DNA of 63,740 nucleotides, filler included, from Chrysochromulina tobinii (taxonomy: Eukaryota): NCBI GenBank assembly GCA_001275005.1. It is 6 parts of 6 records of this genome, joined end to end, with 100 filler letters (N's around TTAATTAATTAA, not from the genome) between each part and the next. Parts side by side here need not be neighbours in the genome. Positions count along the whole stretch, not along the records: positions 52,497 to 62,496 come from JWZX01000525.1; positions 62,597 to 63,740 come from JWZX01000641.1; 4 more parts are not named here. One strand, written 5' to 3'. The notes under the pieces are model-generated. The model was given only the letters and a program-made list of their open reading frames with translations, was not told where the DNA came from and ran no database searches. The first letter of the stretch is position 1. Every line of letters starts with the position of its first letter. A program made the position numbers and the translations under genes. Shown piece by piece: positions 56,401 through 63,740 of the stretch.

Positions 56401-56674
56401 CTTGGTGACCGTCGCCGATTTGCCGGATCTCCTCGAACGCCGAGTAAGCATTGTATGACTTGAGCCCGGCGATCACGCTCGGAGGCCTGGATTCTCCTTG
56501 ATCGCTAGCAGGCCTGGATCCGCCGGTTGCCACCAACTTGGGCGCCCCTTTGCGTCGCTGGGCGGCTTGCAACCTCGCTTCCTGAGCAAAGAATAGGCCA
56601 TCGTGGACGCTCCAGCGCTCATCAGATTGAGGCGGTGACTGGTCCGATGCCGAGTGTCGTGTGTCCGCCTGCAT
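53459..56674 (-). CDS. NIMA-related (NEK) Ser/Thr kinase with C-terminal ACT domain
   Basis: IGDGHQG, VCKRV, HPNIISY, HRDVKSRNVFL, IKLGDFG, GTPLYISPE, DVWGVGVILYEL (NEK-like); disordered middle with PKSPGRH.AQDG repeats; short coiled coil; ACT-like ILVVCRDRRRLLVDVSEAIS...VKKVDGV. Confidence 0.88.
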   Translation of the reverse strand: MQADTRHSASDQSPPQSDERWSVHDGLFFAQEARLQAAQRRKGAPKLVATGGSRPASDQGESRPPSVIAGLKSYNAYSAFEEIRQIGDGHQGSAVLLRDPWTGQCVVCKRVRVDCRSSAKLQQLEREVCVLHQMSHPNIISYLGSFQVGDTLNIITEHAAGDTLARKISMQAGSRGQHAGAAFASGRVVRWTTQLASALEHVHARAVLHRDVKSRNVFLSASDEIKLGDFGLATRLSPGIDLATSYCGTPLYISPEMACGKPYGAPADVWGVGVILYELLTLRRPFEAGSSLLVLSQRIALGEVDEPEALAKAPHPRALTALAESSALLHPQPELRLTLAGLLAALRSPAIEAACCCSSSSISNTRGGSATSSPGKRSPQRPLSNDGSQKATGSQPSGSRGPSRRESREGDLPGGGSAMRPGSEPWQARTGTELGSHARPGSDLGSSHAGPASQASPAVTAINQPQPVNNQREQPPRAKRIASAPILAPSEVPWEARAPPGTSKFGFTPGLHSDERPAGGRSCGDGTLLGGSVLGGGGTRADVAASPPRVDSQLSESLRSALSYLSRRPRLSNDSNDGYDDGSGEGRRSPPRRLLILPAALTGLPGSRCARDGARDEPVALGSALGASARHFEPPSARQVAVLMGQGPPGGGAAEALAGDHAPPPPAAGAMAHSPPENIPGSPISARLHAAPASVIPEIVRPIASRLANMTALGLLGELGSLSLDSSYGPAHDELSGADSSFLFHLSISRDAPPTQPHVPPDSPSPKARSPPLPFPPPLQPAATNPKSPGRHGAQDGAQDGPKSPGRHSAQDGAPKSPGRHGAQDGAPKSPKSPNNALRSLTRVVSKEEIAEMPDEARELRAALEALSAREQLGEAQRAKLASSNEMLRSRLDAAEAATLPPPSPLLAAWPYSPTIPALSSASIAVHLSPTWMPLSEAAESQCDAARLPPPMPLLPAATFEGAHEGAQGAHGDHDERHEATPKDELAEGRILVVCRDRRRLLVDVSEAISDAGDLSILGVRTQSHRNGLATMEFHLGGPTRECIALSVEAVKKVDGVQQAFMFAGTEMQFN

Positions 56675-56895
56675 TGGGATGGAGCAGCCGCAGGTCTTGG
56701 GACCTTTTGATGTCAAGTGTCTCCGGCGTTCGTCAACCTATTGAGATTATGAGATCATGCATTGAGATCACATGTTTGTGGAGTAAAAAGACTTCGGACA
56801 CTCAGATCGGAGAGATTATATCAGATGAGTAATGCTGAAGATTGCGTACTGCCAAAAGGTCATCAACGAGATTCGGCCGTCTCTGGTACGTGTAG

Positions 56896-56993
56896 AAGTC
56901 AAGTCAAGTCAAGTCAACTGCTAGCGAAGGGGCTACAATGTACCCCGTGTAGGTTGTCTGTTATTTATGGAATAACTTGACTAGGACTTGACT
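56896..56993. repeat. Second element bounded by inverted (AAGTC)n / (GACTT)n repeats
   Basis: aagtcaagtcaagtcaagtcaa ... acttgactaggacttgact. Confidence 0.55.
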
Positions 56994-57142
56994 GGTGTAG
57001 AGACTCTCCTTCTTTTGGAGAGTTAATTTGAGAGGGGACCCCTCCGCCGCAAAGTCGCCCCCCGCAAAGTACACCTCTTTTAATCCTCATGCATCCTTGA
57101 GTAGCTGTCACCTGTCTCGAAGAGCAGATATGCTGCATGTGT

Positions 57143-58732
57143 CTATCTAGCGAAAAAGTGCGTGAGCGCCAAGAGTGTCACCACGCCCGCAACCAAATTG
57201 GTGGCCACGTCCCAAGGCTGCGGCCGGTGGCTCTGGAGCTCGCGCATCCGCTCGACGAGGACCGACTGCTCCTCGCGCGCCTCCGCGTTGAGAGCATCGT
57301 ACCGCAGGCATCCATTGTAGCTCTCAATGGCCTCTTGCAGCCTGCCCGGGATCGGCCGAAGCAGCCGCCCGAGCCGCAGGTATGTCGCCGAGTCCTTCGG
57401 CGCGAGCTTGACCGCGTGCTTGCATGCTGTGATGGCTTTCTCGCGCTGCTTCTTGCGCTTCCGCTCCTCCGTGGCCTCGAACAGCCGCTCCTGGCGGCTC
57501 AGACCGGACCACAAGCCCCAGGAAGCCTCGCCGGCGGCGTCGCTGTCGCTGCCGCTGCCGCCGCCGCCGCCGCCGCCGCTGCCGCCGCTGCCGCCGCTGA
57601 CGCCGCCACCGCCGCCGCCACCGCTGCTGCTTCTGCCGCTGCTCCGGCCGCCGCGGCTTCCATACATCTCAAAGAGCGCCCTGGCGAGCTGTGCGTATCC
57701 ACGGGCGGCGTCAGGGCGAATTCCAACGGCCGCCTGCGCCAGCGCGGCCGCCTCGTCGTAGCGCCGCTGCTCGCCTCGCGCCTGCGCCATGAGTGCGATG
57801 GCAGTCGCGACCCCTTCGGCCGAGGGCAAGGCGGCATACGGCGCGAGCGCCTGCAGGCGCGCATTCCGTCCAGTGACCATGGAGGCGGCGATGAGCTCGG
57901 TCACCGTGGGAGCGTCGGGGAGCATCTCGAGAGCTTGCTTCGCCACGTCGAACGCTTGCGCATGCTTCTCGCGCAGCAGCCGCAGCTCGGCGAGCGACTG
58001 GTATGCTGCGATGAAATTGGGCTTGAGCGCGATCGCTCGCCGAAAGTGCTCATTCGCCTGCCCATAGTAGCGCAGCTCGACGAGCACCTCGCCGAGCTCG
58101 CGATGGAGCTCGGGGTGCGACGGCAGCAGCGAGAGGGCTCGCCGGTAAATCCCGGGCGTGCCGCCCTTTGGCAGCATCCGCGCGAGGGTCAGGTACACCG
58201 TCGGCCGCGTCGGGTCGAGCCGAAGCGCGCGCACGGCCGCGTCGCACGATCGGTTGCGATACAGGTTGGCGAGGAGCGTGAGTCCATACGTGTCGGAGCT
58301 ATCCGATTCGGTACGGCGCACAAAGTCATCCTCGGCAATGTGCAGCTGCTGGTCCGTGTAGTGCTGGACCTCGAAGCACTTCGGCTGCTGGAACCGCCAG
58401 CACGGATCCTCGTCGTGCGGGAAGCGCTTCTCCTGCTGCTTTTGAGGCGGACTCTTGTGATGGCGCTGTGCGTCGACCGACAATGCGGCGCGCCGCAGCG
58501 TGTGCGCGAGCTCGTCGTACTGCACTGCACTCTTTGGCGCGAGCGCGACCGCCTTGCGCGCGTAGCCGAGCGCGCCACGCGGATCGCCGGACATGTCGAG
58601 CATGCGACCGACGCTGGAGTAGGCCTGGACACTGCGCGGCTGGAGCGAGATGGCCCGCAGCAGGTCCTCGAGCTTAGACTGCTGCTCCGGCGTGAGCCGC
58701 GCCCTGGCCTCATCCGACAGCTCGGCAGCCAT
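57143..58732 (-). CDS. TPR-repeat protein with C-terminal transmembrane anchor
   Basis: Repeated A..Y.RKAVALAP, YRRALSLLPSH.E, EHFRRAIALKPNFIAAY and AVKLAPKDSATYLRLG motifs; hydrophobic terminus NLVAGVVTLLALTHFFAR. Confidence 0.82.
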   Translation of the reverse strand: MAAELSDEARARLTPEQQSKLEDLLRAISLQPRSVQAYSSVGRMLDMSGDPRGALGYARKAVALAPKSAVQYDELAHTLRRAALSVDAQRHHKSPPQKQQEKRFPHDEDPCWRFQQPKCFEVQHYTDQQLHIAEDDFVRRTESDSSDTYGLTLLANLYRNRSCDAAVRALRLDPTRPTVYLTLARMLPKGGTPGIYRRALSLLPSHPELHRELGEVLVELRYYGQANEHFRRAIALKPNFIAAYQSLAELRLLREKHAQAFDVAKQALEMLPDAPTVTELIAASMVTGRNARLQALAPYAALPSAEGVATAIALMAQARGEQRRYDEAAALAQAAVGIRPDAARGYAQLARALFEMYGSRGGRSSGRSSSGGGGGGGVSGGSGGSGGGGGGGSGSDSDAAGEASWGLWSGLSRQERLFEATEERKRKKQREKAITACKHAVKLAPKDSATYLRLGRLLRPIPGRLQEAIESYNGCLRYDALNAEAREEQSVLVERMRELQSHRPQPWDVATNLVAGVVTLLALTHFFAR

Positions 58733-58967
58733 TTGGCGCTCGATGCGGCCGTCGTCGTCGGAGCTTCTGACACAGACGCGGGAATGAATTCGTTTGTCCT
58801 TTGCATCGATGGGCTCCAGATATATGAATCTTAAGCTTAAACTTAGCACATCGCGTCGCGTGCAACTCTTTCATCAGTGCCGTTTCGTCACTTCTCCTAC
58901 ATGGTCCCCAAGGAGAAGGCGGCGGCGAAGGCGAGGGCGGCGGCGGCGAAGGCTCGGGTGGCAAAAA

Positions 58968-61112
58968 ATGGCCACCTCGTTTTCCCTTCGCGGCCGGATC
59001 GCGCTCATTCGCATCACTCGGCCGCCCGTCAATAGTCTCGGGCTCGCGGTGCGCAAGGGCATTGCCGATGGCCTCGATCAGGCCGAGGCTGCCAAAGCAA
59101 CGGCTGTCGTGATCTCGGGTGATGGCTCCACGTTTCCGGCAGGAGCAGACATCGCTGAGTTTGCTTCTGGCAACGCGCTCGCCGAGCCATCGTTGCCACA
59201 GTTAGTGCGACGGCTCACCGGCCTCAAGATGCACACAGTGGCTGCCATCCACGGCACGGCTCTGGGCGGCGGCATGGAGGTGACGCTCGCGTGCCAATAT
59301 CGTCTTATGCACGCAGGCGCAAAGGTCGGGCTACCTGAGGTGCATCTGGGTATACTGCCCGGCGCAGGTGGCACTCAGCTTCTTCCTCGCATCGTCGGCG
59401 CAGAGATGGCCATCTCGCTCATGACCACTGGCCGCATGATCGACGCCAAGGCGGCGCTCGCCGCCAAGCTGGTCGATGAGATTATCCCAGCCGGTGAGGG
59501 CAGCTTGGCGGATGCAGTGGCTGAGCGCGGCTACGCCTTCGCCAAGGCGCTCGGTGACGTCGCCGTCGACGAGCGTCGCGTGCTCCCCAATCGGCACGTG
59601 ACGATGCCCGACGGCACCGACGTGGCCGCATTCTTCGCGGGGGCACGCGAGCAGGTGGCCAAGTCAAGCAAGGGGGAGGTGGCACCGCTGGCCATTGTCG
59701 GATGCGTCGAGGCCGCCGTGAGCGCCGGCAGCTTCGAGAAGGGGATGGAGCACGAGGCGACAGCGTTTATCAAGCTGGCGAGTGGGCCGCAAGCGCCCGC
59801 TATGCAGCACGTCTTTGCAGCCGAGCGCATGATTGGCAAGATTCGCGCACTGCAGGGCGTCGCGCCCGCGCCGGTACGCAAGGCGGCCGTTGTCGGAGCG
59901 GGGACCATGGGTGGCGGCATCGCGATGTGCTTCGCGCAGGGCGGCATCGACGTGACGATCATCGACCGGAGCGAAGAGGCACTCGCCAACGGGCTGGCCA
60001 TCGTGCGTGCGAATTGGGAAGCGTCGGCCCGGAAAGGGAAGCTGAGCGAGAAGAGGGTGGCCGAGTACATGGGGCGGTTACGCACGACGACCGCGTACAC
60101 GGACGAGGGCGTCACGGATGCCGACGTGGTCGTCGAGGCCGCCTTCGAGCGCATGGCGATCAAGAAGGAGATTTTTGGCGCCCTCGACACGCACTGCAAG
60201 CCAGGGGCTCTCCTCGCCACGAACACGTCGACGCTCGACATTGACGAGATCGCGAGCTCGACACGGCGCCCTGAGGCGGTGGTTGGCATGCACTTCTTCA
60301 GCCCGGCGAACGTGATGCCGCTACTCGAGAACGTGGCAGGCGCCGCCTCGTCTCCACAAGCGCTCGCGACCGCCATGGCGCTCGGCAAGCAGTTGCGCAA
60401 GAAGACGGTGCTCGCGCGAAACTGCTTCGGCTTCATCGGCAACCGGATGCTCGAGCCGTACGTAAGGGAAGCGCTCTACATGCTCGAGGAGGGCGCGACG
60501 CCCGCGCAGGTGGACGCGCCCCTACGCGAGTTTGGGCTCGCGATGGGCCCGTTCCAAATGAGCGACCTCGCGGGCAATGATATTGGGTACAATATCCGTC
60601 GCGATAACGGGTGGACGGCCGCGACCGTCAATGGCCGTTACTGGGCAGGACTCGCGGACCAGCTGGTGGAGATGGGGCGACTCGGGCAGAAGACCAAGCG
60701 CGGCTGGTATGACTATTCGGAGGGGCGCACGCCCGTGAACGACCCTGAGGTCGAGGCGATGATCGTGGCCCACTCGGCGAAGCTCGGTCGCGCACGGCGT
60801 GTCCTCGAGCCGTGCGAGATCGCCGACCGAGCTCTCCTCTCGATGGCCAATGAAGGATTCAAGATCGTCGAGGAGGGCATCGCGCAGCGTGAGAGTGACG
60901 TGGACATCGTCTACATCTACGGGTATGGCTACCCTCGCCGGCAGGGCGGCCCCCTATACTGGGCACGCCATGGGCGCGAGGGCGGGCTCGCGAAGATGGT
61001 CGAGGACCTGCGCAAGTACGCGGCGGCGCACCCAGACGTGCCGCACTGGAAGCCGTCGGCGCTGCTGCTTCGGGAGGCGGGGTTCGACGATGCGCCGGCC
61101 GCGAAGCTCTGA
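58968..61112 (+). CDS. Peroxisomal bifunctional enoyl-CoA hydratase / 3-hydroxyacyl-CoA dehydrogenase
   Basis: PPVNSL, FPAGADI, ALGGGMEV, GLPEV..GILPGAGGTQ, VVGAGTMGGGIA, ATNTSTL, GMHFFSPANVM, GFIGNRM; C-terminal PTS1 -AKL. Confidence 0.95.
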   Translation: MATSFSLRGRIALIRITRPPVNSLGLAVRKGIADGLDQAEAAKATAVVISGDGSTFPAGADIAEFASGNALAEPSLPQLVRRLTGLKMHTVAAIHGTALGGGMEVTLACQYRLMHAGAKVGLPEVHLGILPGAGGTQLLPRIVGAEMAISLMTTGRMIDAKAALAAKLVDEIIPAGEGSLADAVAERGYAFAKALGDVAVDERRVLPNRHVTMPDGTDVAAFFAGAREQVAKSSKGEVAPLAIVGCVEAAVSAGSFEKGMEHEATAFIKLASGPQAPAMQHVFAAERMIGKIRALQGVAPAPVRKAAVVGAGTMGGGIAMCFAQGGIDVTIIDRSEEALANGLAIVRANWEASARKGKLSEKRVAEYMGRLRTTTAYTDEGVTDADVVVEAAFERMAIKKEIFGALDTHCKPGALLATNTSTLDIDEIASSTRRPEAVVGMHFFSPANVMPLLENVAGAASSPQALATAMALGKQLRKKTVLARNCFGFIGNRMLEPYVREALYMLEEGATPAQVDAPLREFGLAMGPFQMSDLAGNDIGYNIRRDNGWTAATVNGRYWAGLADQLVEMGRLGQKTKRGWYDYSEGRTPVNDPEVEAMIVAHSAKLGRARRVLEPCEIADRALLSMANEGFKIVEEGIAQRESDVDIVYIYGYGYPRRQGGPLYWARHGREGGLAKMVEDLRKYAAAHPDVPHWKPSALLLREAGFDDAPAAKL

Positions 61113-61186
61113 GTGCAGCACCCCCTCAAACGGGGAGCAGTCAAAGCAGACGAAACCCGGCACGCGCCCGGCGCTACCGGACGTAC

Positions 61187-61263
61187 AATAGTAACAAAGT
61201 AACAAAAAAGGCGCAAACCGGAGTAATAGTAACAAAGTAACAAAAAAGGCGCAAACCGGAGTA
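61187..61263. repeat. 38-bp direct tandem repeat in intergenic region / 3'UTR
   Basis: aatagtaacaaagtaacaaaaaaggcgcaaaccggagt x2. Confidence 0.92.
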
Positions 61264-61469
61264 CTCCAGTGTAGCCAGCGCTTGCTTGCGTGCTTGCCTC
61301 TGTTCAAGTTCAAGTTACTACACAAGGCACACACGCGCTTCAAAACTCACTTGTTCAAGAATTAACACAGTGAATCCAATCTCCGATCGCGAGATTCGCC
61401 TCTCGCGTGACTCCACACCGCACCTCGGGACGTCGGCCGCTTAGGTTCCTGCGCTCTCCACGCCGCATC

Positions 61470-62496
61470 ATGGCACGTCAAATGATGGTGGTGATGCTTC
61501 TGATCGACCAGGCTAACGCGCTCGTGGCTGGGGTTCACGATGGCATGATGCGCCGCGGCCGCTCAGATGCTCACGCGTTGAGGCGAGGCAACGTTGCGAT
61601 GGCGGCGCCGAACGGGCGGCGCGTCGTTGTTACTGGCATGGGCATTGTCTCATGCCTTGGCAACACGCTCGACGACGTCGCGAAGTCGCTGAAGGATTGC
61701 AAATCCGGCATCACGTTCAGCGAGAAGTACAAGGAGCTCGGCATGAAGTCGAACGTGTGCGGCCGCCCGAACATCGATGCGGATGAGCTCATTGATCGCA
61801 AGCAGCTTCGCTTCATGGGCACGAACTGCAAGTATGCGTACCTTGCCATGGAGGCGGCGGTGAAGGACTCGGGCCTGGCGCCGGAGACGATTGCATCGCC
61901 CCGGGTTGCCGGCATTCTGGGCCAGGGTGGCACCTCGATCCCTGACATCGCTGAGACGCTCGACGCCGTGGGCGAGCAGAAGCTGCGCCGCGTCGGCCCG
62001 TACCGCGTCACCCGCTCGATGGGCTCGACGGTCTCCGCCGTCCTCTCGACGGCCTTCAAGCTGCAGGGCCCCTCCTTTTCGATCTCCTCCGCGTGCTCGA
62101 CCGGTGCGCACTGCATCGGCGTCGGCATGGAGCAGATCCAACTCAACAAGGCGGACATCGCCTTCTGCGGCGCGGGCGAGGCCGAGGACTGGGGCTTCTC
62201 CGTCATGTTCGACTCGATGGGCGCGCTGTCCACCAAGTACAATGATGCACCCGAGACGGCGTCGCGAGCCTTTGACCAGTCGCGCGACGGCTTCGTCATC
62301 GCTGGCGGCGGCGGCATCGTCGTGCTCGAGGAGCTCGAGCATGCCAAAAAGCGCGGAGCCAAGATCTACTGCGAGCTCGTTGGGTACGGCGCGAACTCGG
62401 ACGGGTACGACATGGTCGCGCCGTCGGGCGAGGGCGGGCAGCGCTGCATGAAGATGGCCATGGCGATGGCCGACGATATCGGCGGGGTCAAGAATG
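61470..62496 (+). CDS. fabB: Beta-ketoacyl-ACP synthase I (FabB-type), probably plastid-targeted; 3' truncated
   Basis: Hydrophobic signal plus basic transit-like leader, then [45 protein letters not shown] (catalytic Cys), [11 protein letters not shown] and [13 protein letters not shown]. Confidence 0.92.
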
Positions 62497-62596
62497 NNNN
62501 NNNNNNNNNNNNNNNNNNNNNNNNNNNNNNNNNNNNNNNNTTAATTAATTAANNNNNNNNNNNNNNNNNNNNNNNNNNNNNNNNNNNNNNNNNNNN
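62497..62596. other. Artificial contig-joining spacer
   Basis: N44-TTAATTAATTAA-N44. Confidence 0.99.
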
Positions 62597-63107
62597 CCGC
62601 GGCGGCAGCACCGGCAGCTGCCCTCGCCGCCCGAGCCATGTTCACGCCGCCCCTTCGTCCGGCGCCACCCTCGCCGTTCACCCCGGCGCCCCCCCTGCTG
62701 CTTTGCCGCCCGGACCGCCGCCGCGCAGACCACCGCCTCCCACCCCGCCTACGCCCTCCCGCCACAGCCGCCACCGCCACCGCCACCGCTGTTGCCGTCG
62801 GGGCCGTCACCGCCGCCCCATACAGCGCGCCGTCTCGGGCCGTGGCAGCGGTGGCCTCCACGTGCACTACCACGCCGCCGCCGCGCCGCCGCCCCCCCCT
62901 GCTGCCGCGCCGCCCGGACCGGACGAGCGAGCAGAAGTGCGTGAACTGCATGAGTGCCGGGTGGGGGAGCGGAGAGCAGTGATGAGAGCAGCGATGAAGA
63001 GTACCGTGAGATACAGTCCATACCGTATGGGTACTACTGGCGCGAGTCCGCCCTGTGGATAATTCACATGAGGTCACGAAATAATAACTAACAGTTAACA
63101 TCCGTTC

Positions 63108-63430
63108 CTACAAAGCTGAAGGCGGTGGCCAACGCGGGGGACCGGGGCTCCGGGGGTGTCGACGGTCGCGCGCGGCATGCGTTGGCATGCGCGGGCCGCA
63201 GTCGGAGCCGTAGGGGCAATCAGCCTGTTGGAACTCCGAGCCGGGGCCGCCGTCTTCGCAATCGGCGTTGGAGGCGTGCGAGGCTATTCCGATGCAGTCC
63301 TTGCCCTCGGGGGCGGCGGCCACGGCACGCTCGGGCCACAGTCCGCGCAGTCGGAGCCGTTGGTGCAGTCGGCGTACTCGGCGCCTGGCCGCCGTCGTCG
63401 CAGATGGCGTCGGAGGTGTAGAGACGCGCC
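63108..63430 (-). pseudogene. Disrupted fragment with two Cys-rich CDDGGPG..Y..C..GSDC.DCGP repeats (extracellular-type)
   Basis: First repeat ICDDGG/PGAEYADCTNGSDCADCGP needs a frameshift near 63390; the second, CEDGGPGSEFQQADCPYGSDCGPR, lacks one DC unit. Confidence 0.5.
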
Positions 63431-63740
63431 CGATGGCGCGCCCCCCCGAAGGGAACGCAAATGAAGTCATTCGACGCCGCCGTCGCGTGACGACAGCGGC
63501 GTCGAGTGACGACAGTGTCGTGGCACACAGCAGCGGCTCAGCGCGGTGTCGGCGACCACACTATCAAGCACGAAGATGACGCGTAGCGAGCTGTACGTCT
63601 CGGACCGAATTGGGCGCGTCCTGGAAGTACCCACCCCACCGGGTCGTGCGTTCGTCGGGCAGGCCAAACACACGCATTGGGTCATCCTATGGCCCTGTGC
63701 ACCACAGACAGCGTACGGTGAGGATGGCACACGCCGCCGT

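Overview
This window is not prokaryotic. It is six unlinked contigs of a very GC-rich, flagellated, plastid-bearing eukaryote, most consistent with a haptophyte alga such as Chrysochromulina (inference). The contigs are joined by artificial 100-nt spacers (44 N + TTAATTAATTAA + 44 N) at 18344, 33446, 44328, 52397 and 62497. Recognisable genes: SKP1-like (partial), a 4070-aa WW/UBA/HECT E3 ligase, glycosyltransferases (GT90, GT77/XEG113-like, GT25-like), a DUF1769-PCIF1 fusion, a CUE coiled-coil protein, an IQ/SHIPPO/calflagin-like flagellar protein, an HMG-box/histone-fold protein, a Nup50-like RanBD protein, BBIP1, the XMAP215/MOR1 C-terminus, RPS23, PPCDC, a TPR-TMEM33 fusion, a DUF5692-like protein, alpha-actinin (partial), a NEK kinase-ACT fusion, a TPR protein, a peroxisomal bifunctional enzyme and plastid FabB (partial). 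There is also a 5'-truncated RNase H LINE and an SLX1-like GIY-YIG relic. The most striking signal is a family of eight spliceosomal introns in four genes, plus one degenerate member. They are built from arrays of a ~10-nt repeat (CTGATGRCCT / CTAATTGCCA), always on the sense strand. Seven of the eight are flanked by 9-25-nt direct repeats of the host exon junction spaced exactly one intron length apart, and these repeats supply the splice sites. This looks like an introner-like, repeat-array intron-generating process without terminal inverted repeats. All domain calls are by motif recognition; no database searches were run.
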